From IMG/VR virus record IMGVR_UViG_3300044645_002525, positions 13,139-77,138 of that record: DNA of 64,000 bases; one strand, written 5' to 3'. Shown here one piece after another: positions 26,444 to 37,075 of this stretch. The notes below the pieces were generated by a model that had not been told where the DNA came from, made no database searches, and worked only from the letters and a program-made list of their open reading frames with translations. The stretch is from a virus. Positions within the stretch are counted from its first letter, which is position 1; each line of letters begins with the position of its first letter. Made by a program: the position numbers and the translations under genes.

Positions 26444-27874
26444 CTACTCAGCGCAAGAGCTACAGAAGCCCCCATCCAATGAACAACTTTCGCTCTCCTC
26501 AAGGGAGAAGAAGCTGCTCAGGCTCTCCCCTAATTCTACTCCAACATCGTCTTTAGCTTGAGTGCCAGCTTGCACTTGAAGAGCGTAATAAACAGAAGTT
26601 TGAGGACTATCAAGCCATTCCTTGATAAAGGCTTCGTCGCAAGAAACCATGTCAGACCACCAGTTCATGGAATAACCATGGAACAAGCCGGTGCGATGGA
26701 GAAGAGTGCAAATGCCATCGGCTACTTTGCGAAAATCGACCCAGCCCACTTCTTCTGCAATTTCCACCGGCCCATATTCAAAACGCTCTACGCCCATTGT
26801 TTCGCTGTCGCGATCAACAAGACGATCAATGGGAGGGGCAATTTCCGGGGCAGTGGTAAAGCCGCGAGTGTCTAGGTAGCGATAGGAGCATGATGCAGTG
26901 GGGGCAATACAGAATGCCCGTTCCATGCCATGTTCGCGAGCAATATCAGCAGCAGCGTCAATCCCCTGATACAGAGCGTAGACGGCTTTCCCGGCCACGG
27001 TATCTTTCCAATGGTGCGCCCAAGGATGGGGGTCGTTCATCAGGAACGCATCAAGGGCTTCGCCAAATTCTTTATAGCTAATTCCATGGATGGAAAGAAA
27101 ATTAGCCAAGCCAAGAATGCCGAGGCCCACTTGTTTGTCAATGGAAGGGGGAAGATATTCACCAGTGTCCCCCACTCCAGTGCCGGGATGCAGCTCACAA
27201 AGCTGCCTCATTCCCTCCGCAAAAGCTCCCGCAACGCTGTCCAACGTACATGCGCCCAAATTAACGTGCTGAAGAAGGCAAGTGCCACGATGCGGAAGAT
27301 ACACTTCAAGGCAAACGTTTGGCCGTAGCCGCTTTTCATTATTGTCGTAGCGGATTTTGTTGAGCCAGAGATCGCCAGAAGAGATGGCACGAAGACAGGC
27401 ATTAATCAGTTCGGGAGACGACGCAGAAAGAAAATTATCATCAACGTTCAAACAGCGCTTAGCCCAGGGAAGTTCACTGCGGGAAGTGGAAACAAATTCA
27501 ATGGCATCAGGATGCGTGTAGTCAAGATGTAGCGTGACGGCGCCATTGCGAAACTTTCCGCCGCGACGAAGAATTTCATTGAGCTTGCTGTAAATTTTTG
27601 CAAAGCTTACTGGACCGCTGGCAATGAGCCCTTTGCCATTGTCTTCGCCTTTGGGACGCAGTTCAGAAAGATGCACTGCAGCGCCAGCAGCATTACGAAG
27701 GGCATGGCTCACGAAGCGCCATGAAGCCTCAATGCCATCCGGCCCTTCCATTGAATCATCCACTACAAACGTGGTACAGCTAACGGCAAGCCTGCTTTCA
27801 GGATCATCAAGCCAATCTTGCACACGTCCTGTTCGGGCAATCGGCTCACATTTTGCCTTTTCCTTCAGCTTCAT
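26444..27874 (-). CDS. nrdA: Ribonucleotide reductase large (alpha) subunit, compact cyanophage type
   Basis: ARTGRVQ, VSCT, NVCLE active-site motif, IAPTASCS, C-terminal CSSC. Confidence 0.9.
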   Translation of the reverse strand: MKLKEKAKCEPIARTGRVQDWLDDPESRLAVSCTTFVVDDSMEGPDGIEASWRFVSHALRNAAGAAVHLSELRPKGEDNGKGLIASGPVSFAKIYSKLNEILRRGGKFRNGAVTLHLDYTHPDAIEFVSTSRSELPWAKRCLNVDDNFLSASSPELINACLRAISSGDLWLNKIRYDNNEKRLRPNVCLEVYLPHRGTCLLQHVNLGACTLDSVAGAFAEGMRQLCELHPGTGVGDTGEYLPPSIDKQVGLGILGLANFLSIHGISYKEFGEALDAFLMNDPHPWAHHWKDTVAGKAVYALYQGIDAAADIAREHGMERAFCIAPTASCSYRYLDTRGFTTAPEIAPPIDRLVDRDSETMGVERFEYGPVEIAEEVGWVDFRKVADGICTLLHRTGLFHGYSMNWWSDMVSCDEAFIKEWLDSPQTSVYYALQVQAGTQAKDDVGVELGESLSSFFSLEESESCSLDGGFCSSCAE

Positions 27875-27960
27875 AAGACGACAAAAGGGGACCATGGTCC
27901 CCCGAGAATCAACCAAGGCAGGCTAGCGCAGGAAGCCTTCGGGAAAGAGGAAGAAAGCCT

Positions 27961-28152
27961 TTAATCGCAAAGCCCCTCGGAGTCTTCCATGGAAAGCAAA
28001 TCGTTCACGAACAAACGAGCCTCGTTCATGGTGCGGAAATAATGAGGCTTCCCATCAATAGCGGCAAACCATTGGAACTCCGGCTTACTAAAGCAAGGCC
28101 ACAATTTATAAGGGCCAATATTAAATGGCTGACGATCAGGAAGGCCCCACAT
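27961..28152 (-). CDS. Hypothetical protein
   Basis: 63 aa ORF in strand context. Confidence 0.5.
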   Translation of the reverse strand: MWGLPDRQPFNIGPYKLWPCFSKPEFQWFAAIDGKPHYFRTMNEARLFVNDLLSMEDSEGLCD

Positions 28153-28228
28153 AGAAGCTTTGCAAAGATCATCTCACGCTAGTTCTTTTCCATGGAAAGA
28201 AAAGCAACATTTAATACAAGCTTTCTTT

Positions 28229-28924
28229 TTAATCAAGCCTTAAGCTTCGCGCACTCTTGCGTTTCTTCGTATTTTCTTTCTCTGCTGCAATCAGTTCACT
28301 TTCGCCTTTTGGAAGCAAAGCAAATGTTTTGCCAGGCTTTTTGGCAATCATTCCTTCCTCCTCCAGCGCAATCAGTTGGTTATAAACAGTTTTGGCTTGA
28401 TAGGCGTCACGATTGGCTTCGTGGTGAATAATGGCATTGGAAGTGGCAAAATAATCACAAGCCTCAATGTCTCCAATGGCCCACAGCACAAACGTTCGAG
28501 CATTCTTGACATAGCGAGGCAGGCGTTTCTCTTGATGCAGCTTTTCAAGAGACTGAGCCAGCCCTGGCCGCATGGGCGTCCATTGAATGCGACCTTCATG
28601 CCTGTTGCCAAATTTAATCTTTGCCTCAAGCGTTTGACAAGGCGCTTCGTTCTCAAGATATTTTTTGATTGCCATGGAAAGATGAAACCATTCGCCAGCG
28701 TGACGAGAATTGTCAAAGCGCTCGTGCAAATCCTTCTCATCGTCCCGATTGGCCTCAAAAGCTTTCACGACGATCAGCGTGTCTGGCGATGACGTGAGGA
28801 ACGATGCAAAGCGTTCTCCTGGCGAGGCGGAGAAGCCGATTTTCACGTGATAGGGCATGCTCGCCCATTGAACGAAATACACCCAGCCTTCTGTTTTGCG
28901 CTTCTTTTCCTTTGGCTGGACCAT
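28229..28924 (-). CDS. GIY-YIG (T5orf172/Mug113-like) domain protein with C-terminal winged helix
   Basis: VYFVQ...VKIGFS..P.ER, EKDLHERF...GEWF. Confidence 0.8.
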   Translation of the reverse strand: MVQPKEKKRKTEGWVYFVQWASMPYHVKIGFSASPGERFASFLTSSPDTLIVVKAFEANRDDEKDLHERFDNSRHAGEWFHLSMAIKKYLENEAPCQTLEAKIKFGNRHEGRIQWTPMRPGLAQSLEKLHQEKRLPRYVKNARTFVLWAIGDIEACDYFATSNAIIHHEANRDAYQAKTVYNQLIALEEEGMIAKKPGKTFALLPKGESELIAAEKENTKKRKSARSLRLD

Positions 28925-29536
28925 GGCTTTGCTGCTGAGAACCCTCATCATACCAAGATCGGGACAACAGGGACAAAACAGCTCCCAACAGCGTGAGTTA
29001 CGATAGACGTAAGCGAAGCTGCGGCCTCATGCGGGCTAGATGCAGCTTCCTGGCTAGACGACGCTCCTTCAGTCAGTGCCTCAAGCGAGCGTAGCCCCCC
29101 AAAGGGGCGGAGCGTCTACTGACAAAAGGCCAAACTAGCCGCGAAAAGCTAAACAAGCTGAGCCCCCAAGGGCGAGGCATCTAGACAAGCGGCGAAAATA
29201 AAAGGCCCGTACTAAAAAGCTGTCCCAGACTTATGTGATGGGTCGCTGAAATTGTGGTCGCTGCTGGGGAAGGGCTAAAAAGACAGTGGCAATACACAAA
29301 AGCTAGAGCAGCGGCCTTAGGGCCGCCTTTCACAGAAGGAAAACGATGGAGAAGAGAGGGTGCGAATTGTCTTGTGCTGGCTTTTTGTTCGTCATTACGG
29401 CGCTTGGGCGCCTCCATTGGTCTAGCTAATCGTCTGAGATCTCTAGAAATGCCTCAAGCTGCGTCCTTCGGACTTGCTTTCGGCATAGTACTACTAGGTT
29501 TTCGCTCGTTAATATTTTGCTAGCAATAACCCCACT

Positions 29537-30076
29537 ATGCTTCCCTCAGAAAAACAGTGCTCTGCATGCAAGAAATTGCTGCCAGCGGAAATGTTTGCTA
29601 AGGATTGCTCCAAAACAACCGGTCTTCGGTCCGCATGTCGGTCTTGTGAATCCAGTCGATATTATGTAAATAACACAAGAGAAAAACGGCAATCTTATAG
29701 AAGGGCTAATCCAGTAAAAACAATTACAGCTTGGTTGACAAAAGGAGCCATCGCTAGAGCAAAAGAAAAAAATATTCCTTGCGATATTGATCTTGATTAC
29801 ATCCGTTCAATGGTCGGCAAAAATGCTGAATTCGCATCCCATTGCCCAGCTTTTGGAACAACTCTTGACTGGTCGTGCGGAAACAGCTCGAAAAAAGGAC
29901 CTCGCCCCAACAGTCCTTCCATAGATCGCATTGCCCCAGAGCGTGGCTATGTCAAAGGCAACATTAAAATTATCAGCTTCAGGGCTAATCAAATTAAAAG
30001 CGACGCATCTCCTTCAGAGTTAAAACTTGTCGCTGCTTATTGCTCCAAAGCAATAGTCGATAGCTTGGAATTTTAG
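29537..30076 (+). CDS. HNH-type endonuclease with N-terminal zinc finger
   Basis: CSACKK...CRSC; SPSIDRIAPERGYVKGNIKIISFRANQIK. Confidence 0.85.
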   Translation: MLPSEKQCSACKKLLPAEMFAKDCSKTTGLRSACRSCESSRYYVNNTREKRQSYRRANPVKTITAWLTKGAIARAKEKNIPCDIDLDYIRSMVGKNAEFASHCPAFGTTLDWSCGNSSKKGPRPNSPSIDRIAPERGYVKGNIKIISFRANQIKSDASPSELKLVAAYCSKAIVDSLEF

Positions 30077-30451
30077 GAAGAAATTCCTGAACCATGCTCA
30101 GGCGCTAGGTATAAATACTTAGAGGCAAAAATCCGGATCATTTTTAGTCGCACTTTTGAGAGGATATACCGCGGCCCCCTATTTTACTTTTGCCGGGTTA
30201 CCGCACCACAGCCCTTTGCGCTGTATCCGTTGATACCGTTTCACGCTACGTTACAAAAGCAAGTTTAATCCCGAGCTGTAATATCGGGATTTAATACTGA
30301 CAGTTACAGTGTAATTGTGAGGGATACTCCCAACACTATGCAAGACAAAAGGCCCCACCTAGTGGCAGGGCCTTGCAATCCGACCAGCCTAAGGCCCTTT
30401 AAGGGCCTTGGTAGCTGGCCTGATTGTTGGGCCGCTGTGGGCCCTTGTGGT

Positions 30452-30661
30452 CTAGTTTGGCAGAGTAGGGAGGCTCACTAGCTCGCCGATATTGTGGCCT
30501 TTTTGTCTTGCTAACGCTGACATTTCAGAGTCGCTGAGATTTTCTAAAAGCTCCCAGTTGTCTGCAGTAAAAACCTCATCGCTTACCAAGTAGCAAGTGG
30601 ATGCGCTGAGAACGGTACCGGTGCTGGCGTCAATCAGTAGGTAGTTTGAAAGGTCGGGCAT
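30452..30661 (-). CDS. Hypothetical protein
   Basis: 69 aa ORF. Confidence 0.5.
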   Translation of the reverse strand: MPDLSNYLLIDASTGTVLSASTCYLVSDEVFTADNWELLENLSDSEMSALARQKGHNIGELVSLPTLPN

Positions 30662-30723
30662 TTGCTTAAAAGCGAAAAGATTGCAAAAGGATGGGAAGAA
30701 AGCTTTTCACGGGTCTGTGGCCG

Positions 30724-30906
30724 CTAGAAATGCCCGTAGCGGGCTTCCAAGGCTTGCAAGGCGCTTCCATATGGGGAAGCTATGCCAGTAGCTGTGAGCC
30801 GTCCCATGGGCGCTTCCAGCGCTTCCATCGGGTGAGAATTCTGCCAAGCTTCCAGTGCTACCAGTACTGCCAAGGCTTGCTCGTTTGAGAGGGTAAGGCG
30901 GATCAC
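30724..30906 (-). CDS. Hypothetical protein
   Basis: 60 aa ORF overlapping the upstream stop codon. Confidence 0.5.
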   Translation of the reverse strand: MIRLTLSNEQALAVLVALEAWQNSHPMEALEAPMGRLTATGIASPYGSALQALEARYGHF

Positions 30907-31532
30907 TTGCCGGCCTCCATGGTGCCCACATCACGTCGTATCCGTTGCCAAACAGACCAAGTGATGGCCTGAATTTGCGCAGGACTGTAGGAAGTGCCCA
31001 TAACGCCGTTGATCGTTTGGGCTGCTTGCCCATACGCCGCAGCTATAGTTTCGTAGAGTTTGGGAGATATTTTGGGCGTCTTTGTAGTAGGTACGTAACT
31101 GCCTAGCCAGATGGCGTAGGCATGTCCGTCAACACAGACGCCAGCATCGCCCAGAATGCAATTGTAAAAGGCTCGCACCTTAAGCCCACCCAGAGCTTCC
31201 AAGGGATGCAGCCCACCTAGGATTGCAAGCGCTTTGTTTTTGTTGCCGTGAAAAGTACTCACTTTAATCTGGCGAGCATCGGTGAGCGTACCGGCTGAGA
31301 AGGCGCGGCAAAGCCGTTCGGCGTCTGCCATATTGCGCGGCCACCGATTGTTAGGCGACAAAGCAGCCGTAACGCCAGCCACGGTCGAGACTGACAGGCC
31401 CGCTGATTGGGCCACGTCCGAACAAAAGGCCAAGGCATCCGCGTACCAACGAGCGCCTTTTAAGCGCTCCGCTGTTGTGGCAGCAAAGAACACGGCCAGG
31501 ATGTTGCCGTGAGAGAGAGAGAGAGTTTGCAT
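30903..31532 (-). CDS. DUF7178-like protein, possible HhH DNA-glycosylase fold
   Basis: WY, AALSP...W..N, KVRAFY, VCVDGHA, PAQIQAITW motifs. Confidence 0.65.
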   Translation of the reverse strand: MQTLSLSHGNILAVFFAATTAERLKGARWYADALAFCSDVAQSAGLSVSTVAGVTAALSPNNRWPRNMADAERLCRAFSAGTLTDARQIKVSTFHGNKNKALAILGGLHPLEALGGLKVRAFYNCILGDAGVCVDGHAYAIWLGSYVPTTKTPKISPKLYETIAAAYGQAAQTINGVMGTSYSPAQIQAITWSVWQRIRRDVGTMEAGK

Positions 31533-31569
31533 TGTGAGAGTTTGGAGAATTTGGAGAATTTGGAAGGAA

Positions 31570-32229
<660 letters not shown>

Positions 32230-32539
32230 GGAATCAAGTCATTAGGACTTGCCCATATAAAGGGAATTCCGCGGCAGGGTAAAGCCCTGATTAGGAGCGC
32301 CGATAGGAAGGCGCGATAAAGGCCACGCATAAGCGGATACGCTTATCAGTGCCTGGAATCGCTCGAAATGACAAGCTGCGCTGATCAATGCCGCTTTGCT
32401 GGCTCCCATAGGAAGAACGCGCGCGCACGTATCACGGCATCGGCCCATCAGGAGATGCTCGCAACAATCCGCAACAATCGACGCCCATACCATCGGACGG
32501 GCTCGATTCGTCAGTTGCATTACGTCTTGAAATACGTGC

Positions 32540-33310
32540 AAACAGCAGCGAACAGTAGGCAACAGCTAGCGGCGAACAGTAGGCAGCAGATAGCAGCGAA
32601 CAATAGACAACAGCTAGCAGCGAACAGTAGGCAGCAGATAATGCCGCGCAGTAGGAGACAAACAGCGGCAAACAGTAGGAGAGGCTCAGCGCTGCAATCC
32701 TGGCAAGCGGTGCTGTCAGCTACTGGCGCGCGCAGTAGGCATAAGCCACTGCTGCGCAATCCGCCGCCCATAGGCTCGCAAACTATCGGCAAGGGTGAGC
32801 ATCACTCAGCGCGATTCAGTGAGCATCACTCAGCGCGATTCAGCGAGCATCACTCAAGGCCGCCACGGGTAAGGGTGAAGAACTGGCGCGAGAGGGTAAG
32901 GGTGAAGAGCTGGCGCGAGAGGGTAAGGGTGAAGAACTGGCGGCCACGAGTAGGCATCACAAACCAGCGCGCGCCAGTAGGTATCACAAACCCCGGCGCA
33001 CCAGTAGGCATCACTCAAGGCCCGCACCAGTAGGCATCACTCAAGGCCCGCACGTGTAAGGGTCACCTAAGGCCGTCACAGTTAGAGTAGAGAATTCGGC
33101 CATGCGGCTTGACGCATAGCCCCATAATGCCTCCAGGCGCATAGCCCCATAATGCCTCTAGACGCATACAACGGCAGCGTTATGATGTGATGATGAGATG
33201 AAGCAATGCAAAAGAAGCGTAATACGGACCCAGCCTGCCCTGATACGGACCCAGCCTTTTCCAAAATACGGACCCAGCCTGCCCTGATACAGAGCCAGCC
33301 TTGCTTGACA
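32540..33310. repeat. Mosaic of six short tandem repeat families (about 22-27 bp units)
   Basis: GCGAACAGTAGGCAACAGCTAGC x4; GAGCATCACTCAGCGCGATTCAG x2-3; GGGTAAGGGTGAAGAACTGGCGCGAGA x3; AGTAGGCATCAC... x4; GCATAGCCCCATAATGCCTC x2; ATACGGACCCAGCCT x3. Confidence 0.9.
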
Positions 33311-33331
33311 CAAGACTGGCCTTGCGTGTTT

Positions 33332-34078
33332 TCAAATTTGGTAGCACCAGGAATCATAAGGGAGGGGCTTTTTCCGAAAATGCCTCATTTCTATGACAAC
33401 ACCACTCGGGGCAACTTGTTCCACTTTGCTATAAGCAATAACTGTATTTTTACCAGCCATCAATTTGTCATAAAATTTTTGCAAAGTGATAGAGTTCGAT
33501 ATTTTCATCATTGGCACAACTAAATCGAGGTCTTGATGCTTCCAGTTGCAATACATGCGCAATTTTTCAATGCAATTCTTACTCACTCCATATTCTTGGG
33601 AAATCTTATAGGCAGATTCTCCGTCGACAAGCCGCAAGCGAATAGATCTCACTTGTTCAGAATTGAGCTTAGAGCTGGCCGAGGTATCTCCTATTTGCGT
33701 GTTTAGCCCATTTTGCCAGGCATGACGAGTGTTGTCATCGCATGTAATCCATTCAAGATTATTTTTGTGATTATTTAGTTTATTTCCGTCTTTGTGGTTG
33801 ATGCAATACTGTCCGCGATTGGTCCCGATTTCGCCGGCAGGAGGATCAAGCCAAACGGCTGCAACGAGCTTATGAATATAACGAGGCATTCCAGTCTTCC
33901 TGCCTGGAATCATCATCAGGCTTTGAAGATATTTTTTCTGGCCATCGAGATGCTGCGTCAAAATGCGATTCTTGAAACAGCTCCAAACCTGCCCCTGCTC
34001 ATTAATGAAATACTTGCCTGCGTAGCCTGGGATCTCCTTGAACCCTTCGGGCACGCCGCTATGATTGCTTGTAGCCAT
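33332..34078 (-). CDS. NUMOD4-HNH homing endonuclease
   Basis: FKEIPGYAGKYFINEQGQV; HKLVA; INHKDGNKLNNHKNNLEW. Confidence 0.9.
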   Translation of the reverse strand: MATSNHSGVPEGFKEIPGYAGKYFINEQGQVWSCFKNRILTQHLDGQKKYLQSLMMIPGRKTGMPRYIHKLVAAVWLDPPAGEIGTNRGQYCINHKDGNKLNNHKNNLEWITCDDNTRHAWQNGLNTQIGDTSASSKLNSEQVRSIRLRLVDGESAYKISQEYGVSKNCIEKLRMYCNWKHQDLDLVVPMMKISNSITLQKFYDKLMAGKNTVIAYSKVEQVAPSGVVIEMRHFRKKPLPYDSWCYQI

Positions 34079-34189
34079 GGCCAAACCCTCTTTGGTAGTG
34101 GTTAGAGACGTTGCGGGACTGGCATCCCGCATCGTCTCGCCATGCTAACAAGAAAGCTTGTTACACAAGCTTACGGTGTGCAACACCGT

Positions 34190-34645
34190 TTATTCTTCTT
34201 TCCAACAGTTCAAAACAGTTCTCCCCTGTTCATCAAAGCGAAAGATGGCCCATTGGTAGTAGAGCGTGCCAAGGCCAATGGCTTGTTGTTCGCTGATGCC
34301 AGTAACAGCCCAACTCAGCTCTTTCCAGCTCCCGTCAGGAGCCATCCCCACCACTTCCTCCATTAGGAACATCTGTTGATGTTCCCTTCCTGAACTCTGT
34401 TCAGGCATTGAAGCCTTTGAAAGCTGCTGCAGGCGCTTTTGGAGGGAACGATGGAGGGCAAGATTGGCAGCGTCGTCTAAAGGCTCTGAGAAGGGGCAGC
34501 AGGCGGTGATGACAAACGTGGGGAAGCATGATGGTTGCCAGGACTTGCCTTGAGCATTAACGATGATGGTGGAAGCGAAAGCTTGAGCAAGCACGGGAGA
34601 AAGTGTCAAGAGAAAGGGGCCTGGAGGCCCCAATATAAAAAGCAA
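34190..34645 (-). CDS. DUF3293-like protein
   Basis: VITA..PFS...N....L, G..PDGSWKE.SW, Q.AIF; start uncertain. Confidence 0.7.
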   Translation of the reverse strand: MLFILGPPGPFLLTLSPVLAQAFASTIIVNAQGKSWQPSCFPTFVITACCPFSEPLDDAANLALHRSLQKRLQQLSKASMPEQSSGREHQQMFLMEEVVGMAPDGSWKELSWAVTGISEQQAIGLGTLYYQWAIFRFDEQGRTVLNCWKEE

Positions 34646-34660
34646 GAAGCGCTTATTAGT

Positions 34661-35011
34661 TCATGAGAATTCTCCAATGATATAGTCATAAGTGCCTTCG
34701 CCATGACCAATGCAATGCCAATGATCAATATCGTGTCGACGAAAAGAGCCACTGCGTTTAGTGACAGTTTTAATAAAATCAACCAAGCTAATTTGCTCGT
34801 CATATTCATTTTTTATGCACCATTCTTCACAGAGCTTGTCTCCAATTAGTTGTTGAATGTCCTGCCAATTACAAACATTCTCTTCTGGCGTCACGTGCAA
34901 GCTAAAGCACCAGCCCCATGAGCTTTTGCCAAGGTGAATGGGAGGTTCTTCTTCTTTGCCGCAATGAAAGCATTTTGGAGCGTGAAGATAATAATTTGTT
35001 CCCATGGTCAA
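34661..35011 (-). CDS. Conserved phage hypothetical protein
   Basis: MGTNYY...HLGKSSWGWCF...GEFS pattern. Confidence 0.7.
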   Translation of the reverse strand: MTMGTNYYLHAPKCFHCGKEEEPPIHLGKSSWGWCFSLHVTPEENVCNWQDIQQLIGDKLCEEWCIKNEYDEQISLVDFIKTVTKRSGSFRRHDIDHWHCIGHGEGTYDYIIGEFS

Positions 35012-35196
35012 TCTTCTCCAATAATGCGAAAATCAGGATCGTTGTCCTTTTTAATCCATCGACATTGATTTAGTTCAGGAAACACGACGAAAAGCTTATC
35101 ATGATGATCCTGCTCAACAATGCCCATGGTGAGCTTGGTGCCAATTCGGCTTTTGCCTTTCTTGCTGATGGCGAGAATGTTAATAGCGTTTTGCAT
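35008..35196 (-). CDS. Hypothetical protein
   Basis: 62 aa, W.KKDNDPDF. Confidence 0.6.
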   Translation of the reverse strand: MQNAINILAISKKGKSRIGTKLTMGIVEQDHHDKLFVVFPELNQCRWIKKDNDPDFRIIGED

Positions 35197-35243
35197 GGTT
35201 TCAAGGAGGGGAGGGCGGGGCGCTTTAGGCGCCCCTTGTCAGT

Positions 35244-35498
35244 TCAAATAGCCTCGGAAGCCCAACGCTTGACTGTGTGCATGATGTCGTCGCTGGTTTT
35301 ATTGAAGAGGCGGCTGAGGGTTTCCATCTTGCGGCCCATCATCATCTGACCGTCTTCGTGCTTAGCAATACAGGCCACGCCTTGGACAAAAAAGCCAGAA
35401 CCGGGCTTGCCTTCATTGATGAACTTAGCGATGAGAGAAATGAGCTGCTCTTCATCGTGCCTGATGACGAGGCCGCCAACGTTAACAAGGAATTCCAT
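35244..35498 (-). CDS. Hypothetical protein
   Basis: Follows the promoter cassette at 35542-35593. Confidence 0.6.
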   Translation of the reverse strand: MEFLVNVGGLVIRHDEEQLISLIAKFINEGKPGSGFFVQGVACIAKHEDGQMMMGRKMETLSRLFNKTSDDIMHTVKRWASEAI

Positions 35499-35541
35499 GG
35501 TGGGAAAGCAAAGGGCTGTCGGGATCTCGCCCAACAAGAGA

Positions 35542-35593
35542 ACAATACAGCAAAAGAGCCCCGTTTCCGGGGCTTGTAACAATGCTTAACAAT
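35542..35593 (-). promoter_or_regulatory. Terminator/promoter cassette with HLR1-like direct repeat
   Basis: -10 TATTGT (35542-35547), GC hairpin, GTAACAAT-GC-TTAACAAT at 35576-35593. Confidence 0.65.
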
Positions 35594-35892
35594 TAAGCCA
35601 GTCGCTCCTGGAGCCTGTTCCACATCCATTGCTCCCGAGTGGAGGGGCGCAGCAACTCATAGCATTCTCCGTCAACGATGCTGTCGCCAGCGCTATCTAC
35701 GTGCCCTTCAACATGGAGCTGCCAGATGCCTCTGCAGGCGCCATCAGGCCCGTAGACAGCCACTACGTCCTCTCTATCCTCCATTGCTTGGCGAACGTGG
35801 AAAATGAGCTGTTGGAGCGTAGCCGCCTGATAGGAGCCTTTGGTGGGAGGGAAATAGTAGCCGTTGTCTTGGTACGTCTTGATGGTCACCAC
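35593..35892 (-). CDS. Hypothetical protein
   Basis: 99 aa ORF. Confidence 0.55.
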   Translation of the reverse strand: MVTIKTYQDNGYYFPPTKGSYQAATLQQLIFHVRQAMEDREDVVAVYGPDGACRGIWQLHVEGHVDSAGDSIVDGECYELLRPSTREQWMWNRLQERLA

Positions 35893-36031
35893 TGTGGGGA
35901 AAGCGAAGGAACGGAAAGGAGCCAGCCAGGAAGAAGCTCTTGAGCAGAAAGGATGGCCGTAGCTTGATCCCTGGCCAGTAGTTGAAGCGTACGGCGTTGC
36001 CCTTGTTTATGAGCAACGATGGTGAAGGGAA

Positions 36032-36253
36032 TCATTCTGGCAGTTGCTCCTCTTCAAGCTCTTGTTCATGGACAAGTTGCCTGAGTTGGTCTATTGCCGC
36101 TTGAATGACATAGCCTCTGGTGATAGAGCTTTCATCTAGCAGTTCTTCTAGCGCTCTAATTTCATCACAGAGTTCTTCCGTGGAAGAGAATGTGCATGCA
36201 GCGTAAGGCACGCCATATTCATCTTCTGAGACGAAGCTAACGGGAAAAGTCAT
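36032..36253 (-). CDS. Hypothetical acidic protein
   Basis: Operonic ORF. Confidence 0.55.
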   Translation of the reverse strand: MTFPVSFVSEDEYGVPYAACTFSSTEELCDEIRALEELLDESSITRGYVIQAAIDQLRQLVHEQELEEEQLPE

Positions 36254-36486
36254 GATTCAGGAGAAATGATGGTCCAAGAAAGGTAGTCTTCAGAAGGGCG
36301 TTCTATGCGAATGAAGCCGCGCTCTTCTAATTTTGCCATTGCTTTCAAATGGTCAGCAAGTCTGCTGCCTTGCAATGGTGATTTTGGTACGCTGCATGGC
36401 ACATTGCCATACTTTTTCTTGTGAGCTAAATAATGCAAATAGATGTTGCGTTGATTAATGGAAAGAGCAAATTGTGAGTTGTTCAC
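36250..36486 (-). CDS. Hypothetical protein, winged-helix-like
   Basis: LKAMAKLEERGFIRI. Confidence 0.55.
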   Translation of the reverse strand: MNNSQFALSINQRNIYLHYLAHKKKYGNVPCSVPKSPLQGSRLADHLKAMAKLEERGFIRIERPSEDYLSWTIISPES

Positions 36487-36812
36487 AAATGCTCCTCGAT
36501 TAAATCTGCTAGCTCTTCAAAGCTTGCTCCTTCATCATTCCAGCTACTAACGTAATGGCCAGCAAGGTAAGGATTGGGCGCATCTAGCCCTGCCCATTGC
36601 TGAACGGAAAGAGGAAGAATGCCTCCTTCAGTTTCAAAGCTGTAGCAACCACCAACGTCATGGTGCCATTTCTGGTTTGTCTCTTGAATGTAGAGATTGG
36701 TGAGCACTCCTAGGCAGCAGAATTTGCCATTGTTGCAGAGGCTTTCACGACCTTGTTGATACTCTCCAGAGCGAAGAGCTTGAATCCAGGATTGCTTGAT
36801 GGAGGCGTTCAT
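36483..36812 (-). CDS. Conserved phage hypothetical protein
   Basis: WIQALRSGEYQQG...CCLGVL...ND.G.SFEELAD.IE. Confidence 0.75.
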   Translation of the reverse strand: MNASIKQSWIQALRSGEYQQGRESLCNNGKFCCLGVLTNLYIQETNQKWHHDVGGCYSFETEGGILPLSVQQWAGLDAPNPYLAGHYVSSWNDEGASFEELADLIEEHL

Positions 36813-36814
36813 GA

Positions 36815-37054
36815 TCAGCCGTTAATGCAAGAGTTGAAGAATTGTTCTGCTTCCCACTTGTGATCAAAGAGACCGTAGGAAGTGGTGTGAAGCTGGAATT
36901 CAGTTATGCGCTCCCATCCATAGGCTTCCCACTTTATGGAGCCATCAGCGCACAGATAAGATTGCACGCCATAGCCACTGTGCTGGGCTTGACGGTCAGC
37001 TTCAAGCTTGGCCAAATACGGATCTTCTCTGTGGCCTTCGTAAGGACGGTGCAT
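36815..37054 (-). CDS. Hypothetical protein
   Basis: Follows the promoter cassette at 37076-37128. Confidence 0.55.
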   Translation of the reverse strand: MHRPYEGHREDPYLAKLEADRQAQHSGYGVQSYLCADGSIKWEAYGWERITEFQLHTTSYGLFDHKWEAEQFFNSCING

Positions 37055-37075
37055 GGCTTGATTGCGAACAAAGGA

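Noticed and set aside
32368-33033. 221-aa repetitive ORF
   Set aside because: Likely a by-product of T-poor repeats with 24/27-bp units; adjacent repeats continue with non-triplet periods and no RBS is evident.
32540-33310. Possible CRISPR or mini-CRISPR array
   Set aside because: Units are tandem with no unique spacers, repeat families change along the tract, and no cas genes are present.
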